Positions 13,289 to 44,077 of a stretch of DNA of 64,000 bases are shown here, piece by piece; the first letter of the stretch is position 1, and each line of letters starts with the position of its first letter. Location: positions 1,116,001 to 1,180,000 of the forward strand of contig OZ218962.1 in assembly GCA_965112735.1 (NCBI GenBank), read 5' to 3'. The stretch is from Phaeosaccion multiseriatum (lineage: Eukaryota > Protista > Ochrophyta, other classes). Under the pieces are notes generated by a model. The model saw nothing but the letters and a program-made list of their open reading frames with translations. It did not search any database and had not been told where the DNA came from. The translations under genes were made by a program, and so were the position numbers.

Positions 13289-14775
13289 ATGACACTGAGT
13301 TATTGTGATGCTGTCAATGCCAAGCCTTTCGGCAGCAGTGGCCTCCCCCCGCCCATTGGCTGGTCCAAACATATCGACAAGGACACGGGGCTTGCGTTCT
13401 TTTACAATGTGACCTCCGGCCTCACCACGTGGGATCTCCCTCCTAGTGGGAATTCAGTGGTACTGCAACAGCAGCAGCAGCACAGGCACCAGCACCAGAA
13501 GCATCTCGACGGCCCACACACGGGCAGCAGCCCATGGGAGAAGAGGGCGAGTGGCAAGCCTGAACTGGAGCCTTTGGAGCGAATATCACGGCCGGGCGTA
13601 AAGAAGGGGCTTGCTTCAAGTCGTCGTCGCCGTCATGACGGTCAGTCCCAGACGCTTAGCAGTGGGAGTTGGCAGCTGCTTGGGAGTGAGGACGGGAAAG
13701 CAGTAGTTGAGAAGGCCGCCACGGGAAGCGAAAACTCACACAGCAACAGTGCCAAAGCCAATGCCGGGGAGAGGGCTGCTTCGATACAGCAGGGGCTGAC
13801 ACGTGGAGAAGCTACGCAGTCAAATAGCGGCTCCCCCACAAGTAGTAGCCGGAGCTGCGGCAGCAGTGGGAGCGTAAGCTCTTGGGAGCAGCAAGACGGC
13901 GGCGAAGAAGTGAAAGTCGAAGAGGAGGAGAGGAGGGGGAGGCCAAAGTCTTTCGCGGCCAGCAACGGAACCCGCAATAGCTGGAGAGCACGGAGGAGTA
14001 GGGGGGATAGCGTTGTGGCTGTCGATACAGCCACCAGCCCTCTACCACCAGGAGACGTGGGCGGGAGCAGCAGCAGAGGAGTGATGTCTCCTCTGGCCTT
14101 GTCTCCACCCCCTTCCCCGCCACGTTCTCAGTCTCGCCTCGCGTGGGAGGCAGGGAGGAAAGACTACTTGGCGATGGTCAGGGAGTTTACACAGCATCGC
14201 CCGTACAGGTGAGGAGCGAGCAAGCGAGCGAGAGAGAACGGGAGAGAGGGAGGGAGGGAGGGAGGGAGGGAGGGAGGGAGGGAGGGAGGGAGGGAGGGAG
14301 GGAGGGAGGGAGGGAGGGAGGGAGGGGGGGGGGGGGTCATCCTACCTGTTCTCTCCCGTCACCTGCCCGCCCGCCTGCCTATGCTTTGTGTTTCGTACCA
14401 TGTGCTATGGGCTGCCCACAGAGAGCGGTCGAAAGAACACCCTCCCCGCTGCGTCCTGTGCAGGAAGCGAGCAGCCGCCCTCATCCTCTTCCCCTGTGAG
14501 CACCTGTGTTTGTGCACCACGTGTCAAGAGGAGCATGTTATTTCGGAGGACGTGCGGAAGAAGCGTGCGTGGAATCAGTGCCCGCTCTGCTGCGGTGATA
14601 TCAAAGTGAGAGGATAGTGGGGTGGGTAGGTGGGTGGCGTTCTTTTCCTTTGTCTTGATGCGTACTTTTGTCTATCCGTCTAATAAATTGAAAGCAAACC
14701 TTTCCCTTTCCTCTTCCCGATCGCTCCACAACTTTGCTCATACACCTTTTGCTGCCCTTCTCTTCATCCTCGCTA

Positions 14776-14825
<50 letters not shown>

Positions 14826-15047
14826 CGCATCATCCCCTTCCTTGACGGCACAGAGGCATCTCAGTACTGGGACTGGGTCCTGCAAGTCAAGCCCAAGCTG
14901 CCCAGGGGCTTCACCAAGGAGTTCAAGGGCCTAGGCACCGTAGTGCTGGAGATGCGAGCCAAAGGCACTTACGTTGACGATCCCGCCCCTCCCGCAAGAT
15001 GGTGCGGGTGGACGTGGAGGTGGAGATGGAGGTGGAGGAGGAGGTGA
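13289..15047 (+). CDS. WW-domain and C3HC4 RING finger protein (putative E3 ligase)
   Basis: N-terminal WW domain PIGWSKHIDKDTGLAFFYNVTSGLTTWDLP. Exon ~14422-14605 encodes the RING CVLC..FPCEHLCLCTTC..CPLC. Third exon starts ~14826; the 3' end is uncertain. Confidence 0.8.
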
Positions 15048-15387
15048 TGCACATAGATAGATGACTGAGAAAGAGTGCCGTGCCGCTTCGCTGACAGGCA
15101 TGTCGATCATCAGCCCCATGTAGTAGCCACTTGACGTTTCGTTGACGGCAAGAGACTTCCCAAGACTAGTGTTCTCTATTCAATACTATGTGCGTGATGA
15201 TTGTCTTCTTCGATCTCCTTACTTACGCACTTGCATGAGTGCTTTCCAAATATTCGCATGTCCTCCATTTCGTCTTCACATCCTCCCCTTTCAAGTGCCT
15301 GTGCGTAGTCGTCGCCATCTGTCATCTGCAGGGGCGTCAGCAGTGCAGCGATGAATTGGGTCTTGCAACCCCAAGTGCTGCAGCCCA

Positions 15388-29990
<14,603 letters not shown>

Positions 29991-30992
29991 GGTGTTGAAG
30001 GGCTGTGAGTCAGCTCCCCGGAGCTTCTACTTCTGCTGCTGCTGTTGACTTTGATGGTTGTTAACTTAGAAGCGTCCGTGGGGGGATATCCTTCCCACCT
30101 CCATGATTTGGGCAAATCTCTTTGTCACACCTCTCCCTCTTCGCTGCTGTCAGTGCTCGCTCTGCGCCTGAGCATACTCAGTCACTAACATACTCTATGG
30201 GTAGCCTCTCGTGCAAAAGTAGGCTCATCTAGAAGAGGGAATGGGCATATTTCAAGAGAAACACACCAAACAATTAGAGCGAGAGATTGTCATTTTTTTT
30301 TTAAATTCCGAAACGCTCGCTTCCTCCAACCGTTGGTGCTTCACCTTCTGAAGAGTGCGCCAACCGTGTCGCCGGCTTTCCCTCCTCCTTCCCTCCTGCT
30401 GACACACTAATAGAAGATACCTTCCTTACTTTACGTGTGTACGCTCATGTGCAGGCGCCCCGAAGCAAGAAGGGAGGAGGGAAAGGCGCGCGCGCTGGGA
30501 GGGACTCGGCGCTCCTCTTTCCCTCCCTCCTTATGGGGGGCTTGACTGCTACCCTCTGTCTCTCTCTCTCTCTCGCCTCCTTAAATGGATTGACTGATTC
30601 ATTGATTGATCGATCGATGGTACGCCATGTCTCTTCTGCTTTCTGCTTTCTATTCTTTAATTTAGAAAGTACGTGTCGTACTTGAAGGAACGAAAGTGTC
30701 GGGCAGGGAAGGGTGATCGGGGTGTTCTCAAGAGGCTTTCCTCTCGGTAAAGAGTGTCACTGGGCAAGCAAGTCAAGCACCTAAGTCAAGCACGTAAGCA
30801 CCCTAGTGCCGGAAGGCAAGGGAAAGGAAGAAAAACAGAACAGAGCACTCGGCCGAACACTCGGCCGAGAGAGGCCTATTTCTGCTGCTGCTGCTTCGCT
30901 GCTGCCCCTCTCCAAACCATAACAACAACACGCACGCATCAGAGATGCATGCCCTCACTACATCTATAACCTCACTACAGAAAGTAGTTCGG

Positions 30993-34835
<3,843 letters not shown>

Positions 34836-35165
34836 GGCGCCCGTCGGCTCTCACTCTCCGCCCCCCCCTTCGTGGCCGCTCGTGGTGGTCTCCGGTAAGA
34901 TTTTAAGTTTAGGTAGAGAATAAAGGATACGGCAGTACAGAAACGAAAACCAGTCTAGACGCCGAGAGCGCGCACCCCCTGCTACTCTCCTCTTCGCTTT
35001 CCTCGTTGGCTGATGTGCGCTTTCCCTGGGCTCCTCCTCAGCACAGCTCACAGGTGGGGCGAGGTTGAGTCACGAATTACGGGAAACATTGGTTTCCGCA
35101 GTGGGATGGGCACTCACCAAGGTCATCCCGAATCCCTCCTTTTGTCACAGGTCCCGCCCTTAGTC

Positions 35166-37357
35166 ATGCGGGCCTCCGCATGCGCACATGTTCTCGCCTT
35201 CCTCCCTTCTTCCGCGGCTGCTGTGTCCCATTTAGCTTTCTCCTCCTCCTCTTCCCTATCTTATCTCTCTCTTCGCCGAGGAGGCTCTTGCCCGCCTCTC
35301 CACCCGCCTATAGTAGGCACAGTATCAACGAATATGGCCATGAGGGAAGGAGAAGGAATGTTACAAATGCCCTCCATACTCTACGGCACAGGTGAGGTAC
35401 AGCGAGGGACAGGAGAAAGGAAATGATGCAAAAAAGCTTACGTCCCCCCTCAAATCAATTTTGCCTTCAGCGTGGAAGAAGGAGAGCACCGCAGCATTGG
35501 TGGAGGCGGCCGTCTTGCAGGGCTTCCGCGGGATCGACACAGCCTGTCAACCAAAGCACTACAAGTTAAGAAATGTTATGGGGTGGGAAGGAGATGGAAG
35601 GAGTTGTTTTTGTTTAGCTGGGCGTTCTCTTTTCCTCTCTGACGATCTCCTTTCTATCGCAGCGAGGCGGGAGTGGGGGAGGGCTGGAGCAGGGCAGCTG
35701 CAAGCCTCGCCTTGGACAGAGAGGACTTTTTCTTGCAGACTAAATATACGCCCATCGACGGGCAAGACCCCGAGGTATGAGAGCAAAAGAGAGAGGGGGG
35801 GAGAGAGAGAGAGACAGAAAGAGGGAGACGATGGAGACAGAAACAGAGAGAGGCACGTACAGATGCCACGTCTGGTCGCTACCCCAGGTGCGATGATGGT
35901 GCCTCCCATTCCTCGTGGCCCAAGCCCCAACCAATACAACAGGACATTTTCACATTCTCTCTCTCCCTCTCTCCGTCGCTCTCACACACTCTCTGCCCCC
36001 CTCTACCTCTCCCTCTCTCCCTCCCTCTCTCTCTCTCTTTCTCCCTCCTTCTTCTGTCCAACAACAGCGAGTTCCCTACGACTCTTCAGCCCCCCTGGGG
36101 GAGCAGGTGAAGGAAAGCATCGCAGTATCACTGGCTAACCTCCGCACGTCCTTCGTGGACAGCTTGGTGCTGCACTCCCCCCTCAGAGGTGATCTGGAGC
36201 GCACCCTTGAGGTGTGGGCAGCACTTGAAGACACGGTGAAGGAGGGGAAAGCCCGCATGATAGGTAAGGTGAAAGGGTACGATAGTAGGAAAGCAGCTCT
36301 ACCTCCCTCGCCCTCTCTTCTCTCTCCTCCCTCCTTCCTCCCTCTCTCTCTTTCTCGGGTGAGGAGACACGGGATGGGGGCGCGCCGGCTGTGGTCGGTT
36401 GAGTGGTGTGTGTGGTGGGGTGACAAGAGAAAGGAGAGTGAACAGTCCGTGAGGGAGGATGACGGGAGGGGAGTGCACTTCTTTTTGTGTATCTGATGTG
36501 TGGTATTCCTTCCTCTTCTCCTCCTCCTTCTCCCTCTCCCCTCACCCGCGCGCCCTCAAAGGTATCTCCAACTGCTATGATCTCGAGCTGCTCAAGAGCC
36601 TGTGCGAACGCGTTAACATTCTGCCAGCCGTGGTGCAGAACAGATTCTATGCCACCAGTGGGTTCGATACGGATCTACGGGCCTTTTGCACTGCGAAGGG
36701 CATTCAGTACCAAAGGTAAAGGAAGCAAGGAAGGAATGGGAGGAGGGGTGACTGACGGCAGTGTGCAACATACCCACCCGTCTGCCACCGGTGATGCGGA
36801 CTGACTGACTCACTTCCTGACTGACTGACTCACTGACTTCACGGCTTACTGACTGACTGACTGACTGACTGACTGACTGCCTCTGATGACTGGGCACACC
36901 CCCCTCTATTCCCCGCCCATATCATCTCTCTCTCTCTCTCTCTCTCGACCCAACGCAAAACAGTTTCTGGACGCTGACGGGCAACCGAGAAGCCCTCCAG
37001 GGTCCTGCTGTAGCAAAGGTGGCTTCCGATGTGGGGCTCTCACCGCAGCAGACCATGTTTGCCTTCGTCCGAGCGCTGGGCATCGTGCCCCTCAGCGGCA
37101 CTCAGAGCGAGCAGCACATGCGAGAAGACCTCGAGGTCATTGCGTTGTGTAGTGCGGAGAGCGAGCGTCAGCAGCAGGAGCAGGAGGAGGAGGAGGAGGG
37201 CGGAGGAGGAGCAGGAGCAGGAGGAGGAGGAGGGAGGGGTGAGAGGGGTGAGAGGGGTGAGACAGGGGTGCTGAGCGCTTTGCAGATGCAAGATATGGCG
37301 GCAGCACTGGGGGTGACACTTCCCCCGCCGCCATCGGATGCACCAGCGGGTTCGTGA
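35166..37357 (+). CDS. Aldo-keto reductase, 6 exons
   Basis: Spliced motifs MPSILYGTAWKK, GFRGIDTACQPKHYNEAGVGEG, REDFFLQTKYT, VDSLVLHSP, IGISNCYD, PAVVQNRFY, YQSFWTLTGN and GIVPLSGTQSEQHMREDL. The start codon could alternatively be further downstream. Confidence 0.9.
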
Positions 37358-37468
37358 ATGGGCTTACCCTTAATTGTGAAAGAAGTAAAAAGACAAGAGA
37401 GACAAGATCAACGACTCAAAGATAAATGAGATAGAGAGACAGATAGATACAGACAGACAGACAGACAT

Positions 37469-37513
<45 letters not shown>

Positions 37514-38051
37514 GACAGACGACATTCATACTGCTACCGGCATAGATGGGGAGGAGAGGAAGGTTACTCTCAGGGCTTTGTTGTGTCGGCAGAGCAACGA
37601 GCTTGGATGGCGGTGGATGGATGGATGTGGTTGTCGAACCACAAGGCACGTTGTTATATATTCTTATATATGTACGATATATGTATTGTATATACATTAC
37701 ATACAAAGGTGAATACGTTTTTTTTTAATTTTCATTGTAAAAATAAATAAAAATTAAAAGGTGTCACAGAAGGGGGATAATGTTGAAGAGTTTCCTGTGG
37801 GCCCAGCGGAGCGTGGTGGGTACAAGGGTACGATATGAACCTACCCCCCGGGTTTGCTATGCAACGTTATCTTGCGTATATGAGTACTAACCGCTGTGCC
37901 ATTCCTTGGACGGGTCTACGCAAAGGACCACAAGTCCCACACCCTAACCCACCCCTTTGCCCTCAAGCCTGACTCAAGCCTGAGCATCCGTCTTCACCCC
38001 TCTCTACTCTTCAAGTGCTGTGTGGCCCCCAAAGCGGCGGAAGCACAGCAC

Positions 38052-38560
38052 TCGCCCCGACTCACTCCATGGCACTAGATGGCACTCCATGGCACTAGAT
38101 GGCATTCCGTGGCACACACTCCATGACACACTCCATTGCACTCCATGGCACACACTCCATGCCACTAGATGGCACTCCATGGCACACATTCCATGGCACT
38201 CGATGGCACTCCCTGGCACACACTCCATGCCACTAGATGGCACTCCATGGCACACATTCCATGGCACTCCATGGCACACACTCCATGGCACTAGATGGCA
38301 CTCCATGGCACACATTCCATGGTACTCCATGGCACACACTCCATGGCACTCGATGGCACTCCATAGCACACACTCCATGCCACTAGATGGCACTCCATGG
38401 CACACACTCCATGGCACTCCATGGCACACACTCCATGCCACTAGATGGCACTCCATGGCACACACTCCATGCCACTCGATGGCACTCTGTGGCACACACT
38501 CCATGGCACTCTATGGCACTCCGTGGCACACACTCCATGGCATTCCATGGCACTCCATGT
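38052..38560. repeat. Complex satellite built from CTCCATGGCAC / ACA / TAGATGGCAC subunits, between convergent genes
   Basis: About 500 bp with dozens of copies of the palindromic core CCATGG and a higher-order periodicity. Confidence 0.9.
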
Positions 38561-38754
38561 ACACTCTCTATTCTATTCGTTCAATCTGCAAGCGGCGTTG
38601 TCCATCAGTATCTGTACAAGTCTTCCGAGACAATTTCCCCCTCTTGGCCTCACGGGGGATGGGGGGGTAAAAGCTCTCTGGAGACTCTACACCTGTACAC
38701 CCGTACACCTCTAGACTAGGGGCACACCCTGGACCTGTAACGCCTCTAAAGCCT

Positions 38755-41294
38755 CTAAACCTTCGGGATGGCCCCATTCACAAACACCCCTTTGGCTACA
38801 CCCAGCTTGCCCGTCGTCCAAAAGAAGGTGTCCCTGACCCAGCCCCCCAACGCCGTCGGAGCAGCCTCGAGGTTACCAATGAGCAAACTCTGCAACAATA
38901 GCTGCACCACAACGGGCTTGCGTGCCCTCTCATAGCTCTTCACGGCACTCGCCAGTGACTTCTCCTCGCCGGAGTTAAGCCTCGCCAGCCGCTCGGCAAG
39001 GCAGTAGCCATCCTGGACAGCCTGAGGGTGGGTGCGTGAGCGGAATGGGTGCACGGGTGGGTGGGTGCGGTGGGTGGCGCATCCTTTAATTTCAGTTCCA
39101 GTTTCAGAAACAAGATTGACCAGCCCTAACCCGTCTAGCATCCATCCATCCATCCGTCCGTCCATCCACTGCCATCCATCCATGCGTATAACCTACCCTA
39201 CCCTACCCTACCTGGTTGACTCCCTGTCCCAGGAAGGGTGGCATGGCATGAGCAGCATCTCCGAGCAGCACGACTTTGCTGTCCTTGGAGGCCCACGGCA
39301 CCAGTGGGTTACGGTAATAAACACCTGAGTTAGGTTTAGAGGCAAACGGTTCGGGTGAGGGGTGAGGGGTGAGGCGTGAGGCGTGAGGGGTGAGGAGGGA
39401 GGGGTGAGTGGTGAGGACGAGGTAAGGCGTGAGGGTGATGGTGAGGCCGAGAGTATTGTATACAGTTGGGAGGGGGAAGGGCGGAGGGTGATACGCACCA
39501 ACGTCGAAGAAGCGTTGGCAGCCATCGGCCAGACGCATCATCTCTGGGGGGAAATTTGCCTTCTTGAAACTCGCGATGATGTCAGACCTTATCATGTAAA
39601 AAAGGGAGAGGGAGGGACGGAGGAAGAGAGGGAGGGAGGGAGGGATGGAGGGAGGGAGGGAGGGAGGGAGGGAGGGGGTTAAGGGTGAAGGGAGAGAGTC
39701 AGACCCTGACGACATCCTCTGTCCTGTCCTTCTTATTGATTGCCACCATCCTTCCATCCCCCCTCCCTTGACACCCTCTCTCATCCATCCCCATGCCCAA
39801 CACTCACTTTACCGTCTCCGTGTCCGCCTTCTTCCAGCCCTCATTCTCGTCAAGCTTCTCGTTGGGTCCGGCCCTAGTAACCGCCGCCACCATCGCACTC
39901 TCCTTGCCCTTGCTCTTGCCCCCTGGCCCCCCTCCATACGACGCGGAGAGGGCATAGAAATCCACCCCCATCCACTGATGAATCTCATTATCGCAGCCCT
40001 CCGGTCGGAGGTTGGCCGGCCCGACCCCAAATCGGACCCGGATACCGGCCGAGATCCTCTGCGGTAGCTTTGTGCCTCTCGACTCGGCCACCGCGCCCCC
40101 TACCACGGAGTTGATGCCGTCGGCCCCGACCACAAGGTCGAAGGGCCCCTCAAGCTTCGTGGAGCCCTCGAACTGCAGGCAGGGGCGACCTCTGGCCTCG
40201 GGATCGGAGTCTGTGTCAATTCCCACGAGCTTCTTGTTGAACTTGAGGCTGCCTCGAGGGAGCTTGCGTGCGAGGAGCTGGAGGAAGCTGTCTCGCATGA
40301 TGGTCAGCACGAGAGTGGTCCCTTGTTGATTCATTTTGGTGGGGTGGGGGTGGGGGTTTGGGGGGGAGGGAGAGGGAAAGGACGATACAACTTTGTAAAT
40401 TAAGAAAATTATGTTTAAGTGTATTGCAGCGGTGAATGGGGCTAGCATGTATTCGCCTTCAAGAGGCAAGGCAACATTGATGGGAATGACTGGTCGCCAA
40501 CAGATCTCTGGCCTTCGTCCCTGTGTTGGGGTCTAGACTAATTTGATCCCCGCAACCCTGACCTTTGGGTGCTTCGCAGCAAATTAAAGTATCCGGCAGC
40601 TTCACCACCCCACTCACCTTCGTAGGAGAGCGCTTCCTTCGCCTTTGGGTTGGCCCCGATGGCTTGAGGCACATCAATGTCGAGCAAGGGTGTTCCATCC
40701 ACTTTTCGAGAGCGAATACGCTGCACTGCTCGCCACAGTGACGCCATGAGTAAGCCACAGGGGCACGATGATTTGAAGGCCATACAATTATCAGGACACG
40801 ATGAGCAGAGTTGAGGACACAGGAATGACGTCCTGTTCCTCCTCCCTCCCTCTCTCACACACTTTCTCTCCCCCTCTCTCCCTCTCTCTCCCTCCCTCTC
40901 TCTCTCACACGCACACACCTGCATTTCCCGCCTTGAGGATATCTGGCCCCAACCCCATCTTGGCACAGATTGCGGCAGCGCCGTTGATCTGCACACCTCC
41001 CCCTAGGCCAGCCTTTATCTGACCAAAGCGATCGTACACTGTGACTTGCTGCACTCCCGTGGGCATCTGCATCAGCGCGTTGGCCAGGGCTAGACCGCCA
41101 CTGCCCGCTCCAATGATTGCAACCTTCTTGATATCGCTCTTGCCTGCGCTGTCGCCTTTCCTCGAGGTGGACACAGCCATGGACATTCCACCGCCAGTGA
41201 AGGCCTGGCAGCCGCTGAGAGAGTTAACCACAAGGAGGGTAGAGAGCGAGAGCAGGGGAAGCCCTCGCGACCGTCTAGAGTCTCTGTGACCCAT
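38755..41294 (-). CDS. FAD-dependent monooxygenase (zeaxanthin epoxidase/salicylate hydroxylase-like fold), probably plastid-targeted, 6 exons
   Basis: Rossmann motif KVAIIGAGSGGLALA, plus DLVVGADGINS and VVLLGDAAHAMPPFLGQG. Hydrophobic leader ending SGCQA-F resembles the ASAFAP cleavage motif. Confidence 0.9.
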
Positions 41295-41732
41295 CTTTCT
41301 TAGAGAAAACTACGGAATGTGAAGAGCGAGAATCCCAGCCCAGGCTGAGTCACGGTTGGGAAGTTGGTGATACAGCGTCACAGGCTGGCAAAAAACGCCT
41401 CCTACCGACTCGGGGGGCACGCGAAAAACATACATGCATATTGTATATATACATAGGTGTGAAGTGAAGGTGAAGGGAGAATTCGAGAATTCACACGAAG
41501 CGGCACGATGAGAGCACCGGTTTCCCGACATGCTGATGCCACTCCCTGACTCCCCCCTGCTCTCTCCAAGAATACCTTGGTTGCCATCTCCTCCTCCTCC
41601 CCCACACACACCTCCCGCGCCCTCCCCCCTCCCCGCTCCTGCTCCTCACTCCGTTGCCTCTCGAGTGAGTCGATACCACCAACTCTCCCAGCACCGACAC
41701 CTACCATCGTCTCTTATATATATATATATATT

Positions 41733-42647
41733 TCACAGGGGGCACAAAGGAGTCTTTAAAGGTCTTTAAAGGTTCTGGGCCTGAACCTTTGTGCATGAAC
41801 AAAGGGTTTAAAGGTTTTAGATGAAAAGCCGAAAACGTTAGTAAACGGTTTAAAGGTTTTGGGGCCTGAACCTTTGTGCATGAACAAAGGGTTTAAAGGT
41901 GTTTGGGGAAAAGCCGAAATCGTTAGTAAAGGGTTTAAAGGTTTTGGGCCTGAACCTTTGTGCATGAACAAAGGGTTTAAAGGTTTTAGAGGAAAAGCCG
42001 AAAACGTTAGGAAAGGGTTTAAAGGAATGGGCCACATTCCTTTAAAGGTGACTGCATCTTTGACAGCCTCAGGGACGGAGTCGCTAAAAGTTAAATTCCG
42101 TATAGTTGGTGGTGCGGCTGGGGCTGCTGCTGCTGCTGCTGCTGGTGCTACTGCGGGTGCCGGTGCTGGTGCTACTGCTGCTGCTGGTGCTGGTGCCGCT
42201 GCTGCTCCTCCGTCAGCTTCCATCCCGTTGTGAACCAAGCACCCTTTACCCTTTGTGCAGGATGTGTGTATGTGGTAGGATGTGTGGATTTGTGGATGTG
42301 AGGATGTGTGGAGGAGACAAGGCGTATAAACTCTAATGGGCAAAGGAAAAGGGTTTAAAGGTTTTAGGGAAAAAGCCGAAAACGTTAGTAAAGGGTTTAA
42401 AGGTTTTGGGCCTGAACCTTTGTGCATGAACAAAGGGTTTAAAGGTTTTAGAGGAAAAGCCGAAATCGTTAGTAAAGGGTTTAAAGGTTCTGGGCCTGAA
42501 ACCTTTGTGCATGAACAAAGGGTTTAAAGGTTTTAGAGGAAAAGCCGAAATCGTTAGTAAAGGGTTTAAAGGTGCCCGAGAGCACTCCTTTGTCAAAGGA
42601 ATTAGCACAAATCCTTTGTAAAACCTTTACCTTTGTACCCCCTGTGA
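41733..42647. mobile_element. 915-bp non-autonomous TIR DNA transposon with internal tandem arrays
   Basis: 18-bp TIR TCACAGGGGG(C/T)ACAAAGG with 1 mismatch; flanking 6-bp direct repeat TATATT (41727-41732 and 42648-42653); AT-rich relative to host. Confidence 0.85.
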
Positions 42648-44077
42648 TATATTTCCTCAAGCAATCCCCATCCGCCCCCCCCCCCCTCCCCCCGTGGGCA
42701 CACACACATACGTAATTCTTTGGTTGATACCTTTAAGTCCTACTTATCCTCCCGTGTCCGCCCCACTCCCTACTCCCTCTTGTCACTGCATTATACTCTC
42801 CCTCTTGTGCACTTACTTTATTCTATTTCCCCCCCTCCCCCCCGCTCTCTTCTCCTTCATAACACAAAACTCCTTTGCCTATGCTCACAGCACTTACCAT
42901 CGCCCTGATTTTTGACACGCAACAGATCACCGAGCCTTCAGTGACAAAAGAGGAAGCAAAACTCTTTCCAAGTTCCCGCAGCGGTTTCCGTGCGCAAATG
43001 AAGCGCTGATTGGCAACGATGCTACTGCAGGCGACAGGCTCTAGCCCGTGCTCCCAGTGCCGAAAATAAGCCGTGAGGACCGAAGAAGCAGGGGCATCGA
43101 GCGCAGTAAAAAGGCGAGCGTGACAGAGGGCATCCGAGTGGTACAAGCCCCACCCCCACCCCCCTTCCGCGCAAACAAACCACTAACCTGATGTCGAGGT
43201 GTACAGAACGTTCCGCCAAATCATTCACACTGATTCCTATGATGGAACCCTCTTCCTCCTCGTCCTCCTCCTCCTCCTGCTCCTGCTCTTGCTCCTCGTC
43301 CTCGTCGTCCTCCTGCTCCTCGGTGTCCCTCCTCCAACTGCAGTTGCTGCTGCTGCTCCTGCTGCGCCTTCTGCCGGGGCCAGAAGGACGGCGGAGCGAC
43401 CCACCCAAACACGGTCCAATACAGGGCAAGCGTTTTGGTGTGCCTCGCTCCCGCGGAGGCCGCCTGGGCACTATGAGGTCGTGGTCGAGCAGCGTCCCGC
43501 TCGCGCCCGTCAGGGCAGCACACATCTCCATATACTCCAGTGTATACAGCAAACGACCGCCAAGCGAGAGGTGAGCAGCAACCCCAACCGCATTTTCAGT
43601 AGGAAGACCCTCAGCGGCTCCACCAAAGGATCGAGCAGGAAAGCGTCGACGCTCTGTTCCTCGCTCTTCTCCCTCCTAGCCCACTGCTGACTGAGGCTCT
43701 GATGAGCGTGAAATCGAGGCCCCGCGCCTCCGTGAGAGAGAGGCCCACGCAGAGGACTCGGTCCTTGCTCTCCCCCCGAAATCGCTGCGCAAAAGCGCCC
43801 GTCACCGCAGCATCAACGAGGGCAGGCACACCGAAAGTGAGTGCTCGAATGCTCCGATTGCCTGTGATCCTTCGACGCCCTCCACGTGTTGTAAACACCT
43901 ACGACCCCCGGGGGGATTCTCACCAAGAGTCCATGCAGAGAAGGAGGAGAAAAAGAGTGGTCTCGCAGCGTCTGCTGTAAGGGCACGCTGCTGCCGGTGA
44001 GGCTTTCTGGGTTGTAAAGGTCGTCGGGGAAGATCCAATTGTGGCAAAAAGGGGGGAGTGGAAGGTGGAATTACGGA

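Noticed and set aside
37798-37901. Small MITE with ends TGGGCCCAGCGG ... CCGCTGTGCCA
   Set aside because: Imperfect short inverted repeat and mismatched flanks (TTCCTG versus TTCCTT); compatible with chance.
38004-38719. His/Trp- or Cys-rich repeat proteins
   Set aside because: Open on both strands only because of the CCATGG satellite; no unique coding flanks.
41760-42575. CRISPR array (constant 14-bp repeat with ~28-bp spacers)
   Set aside because: Spacers are only two alternating sequences, the repeat is too short, there are no cas genes, the context is eukaryotic, and the array lies within a TIR/TSD-bounded element.
42823-44040. Separate gene upstream of the ankyrin gene (ORFs of 107-176 aa)
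   Set aside because: No consistent spliced frame or recognisable motif; more likely a long 5' UTR or intergenic DNA.
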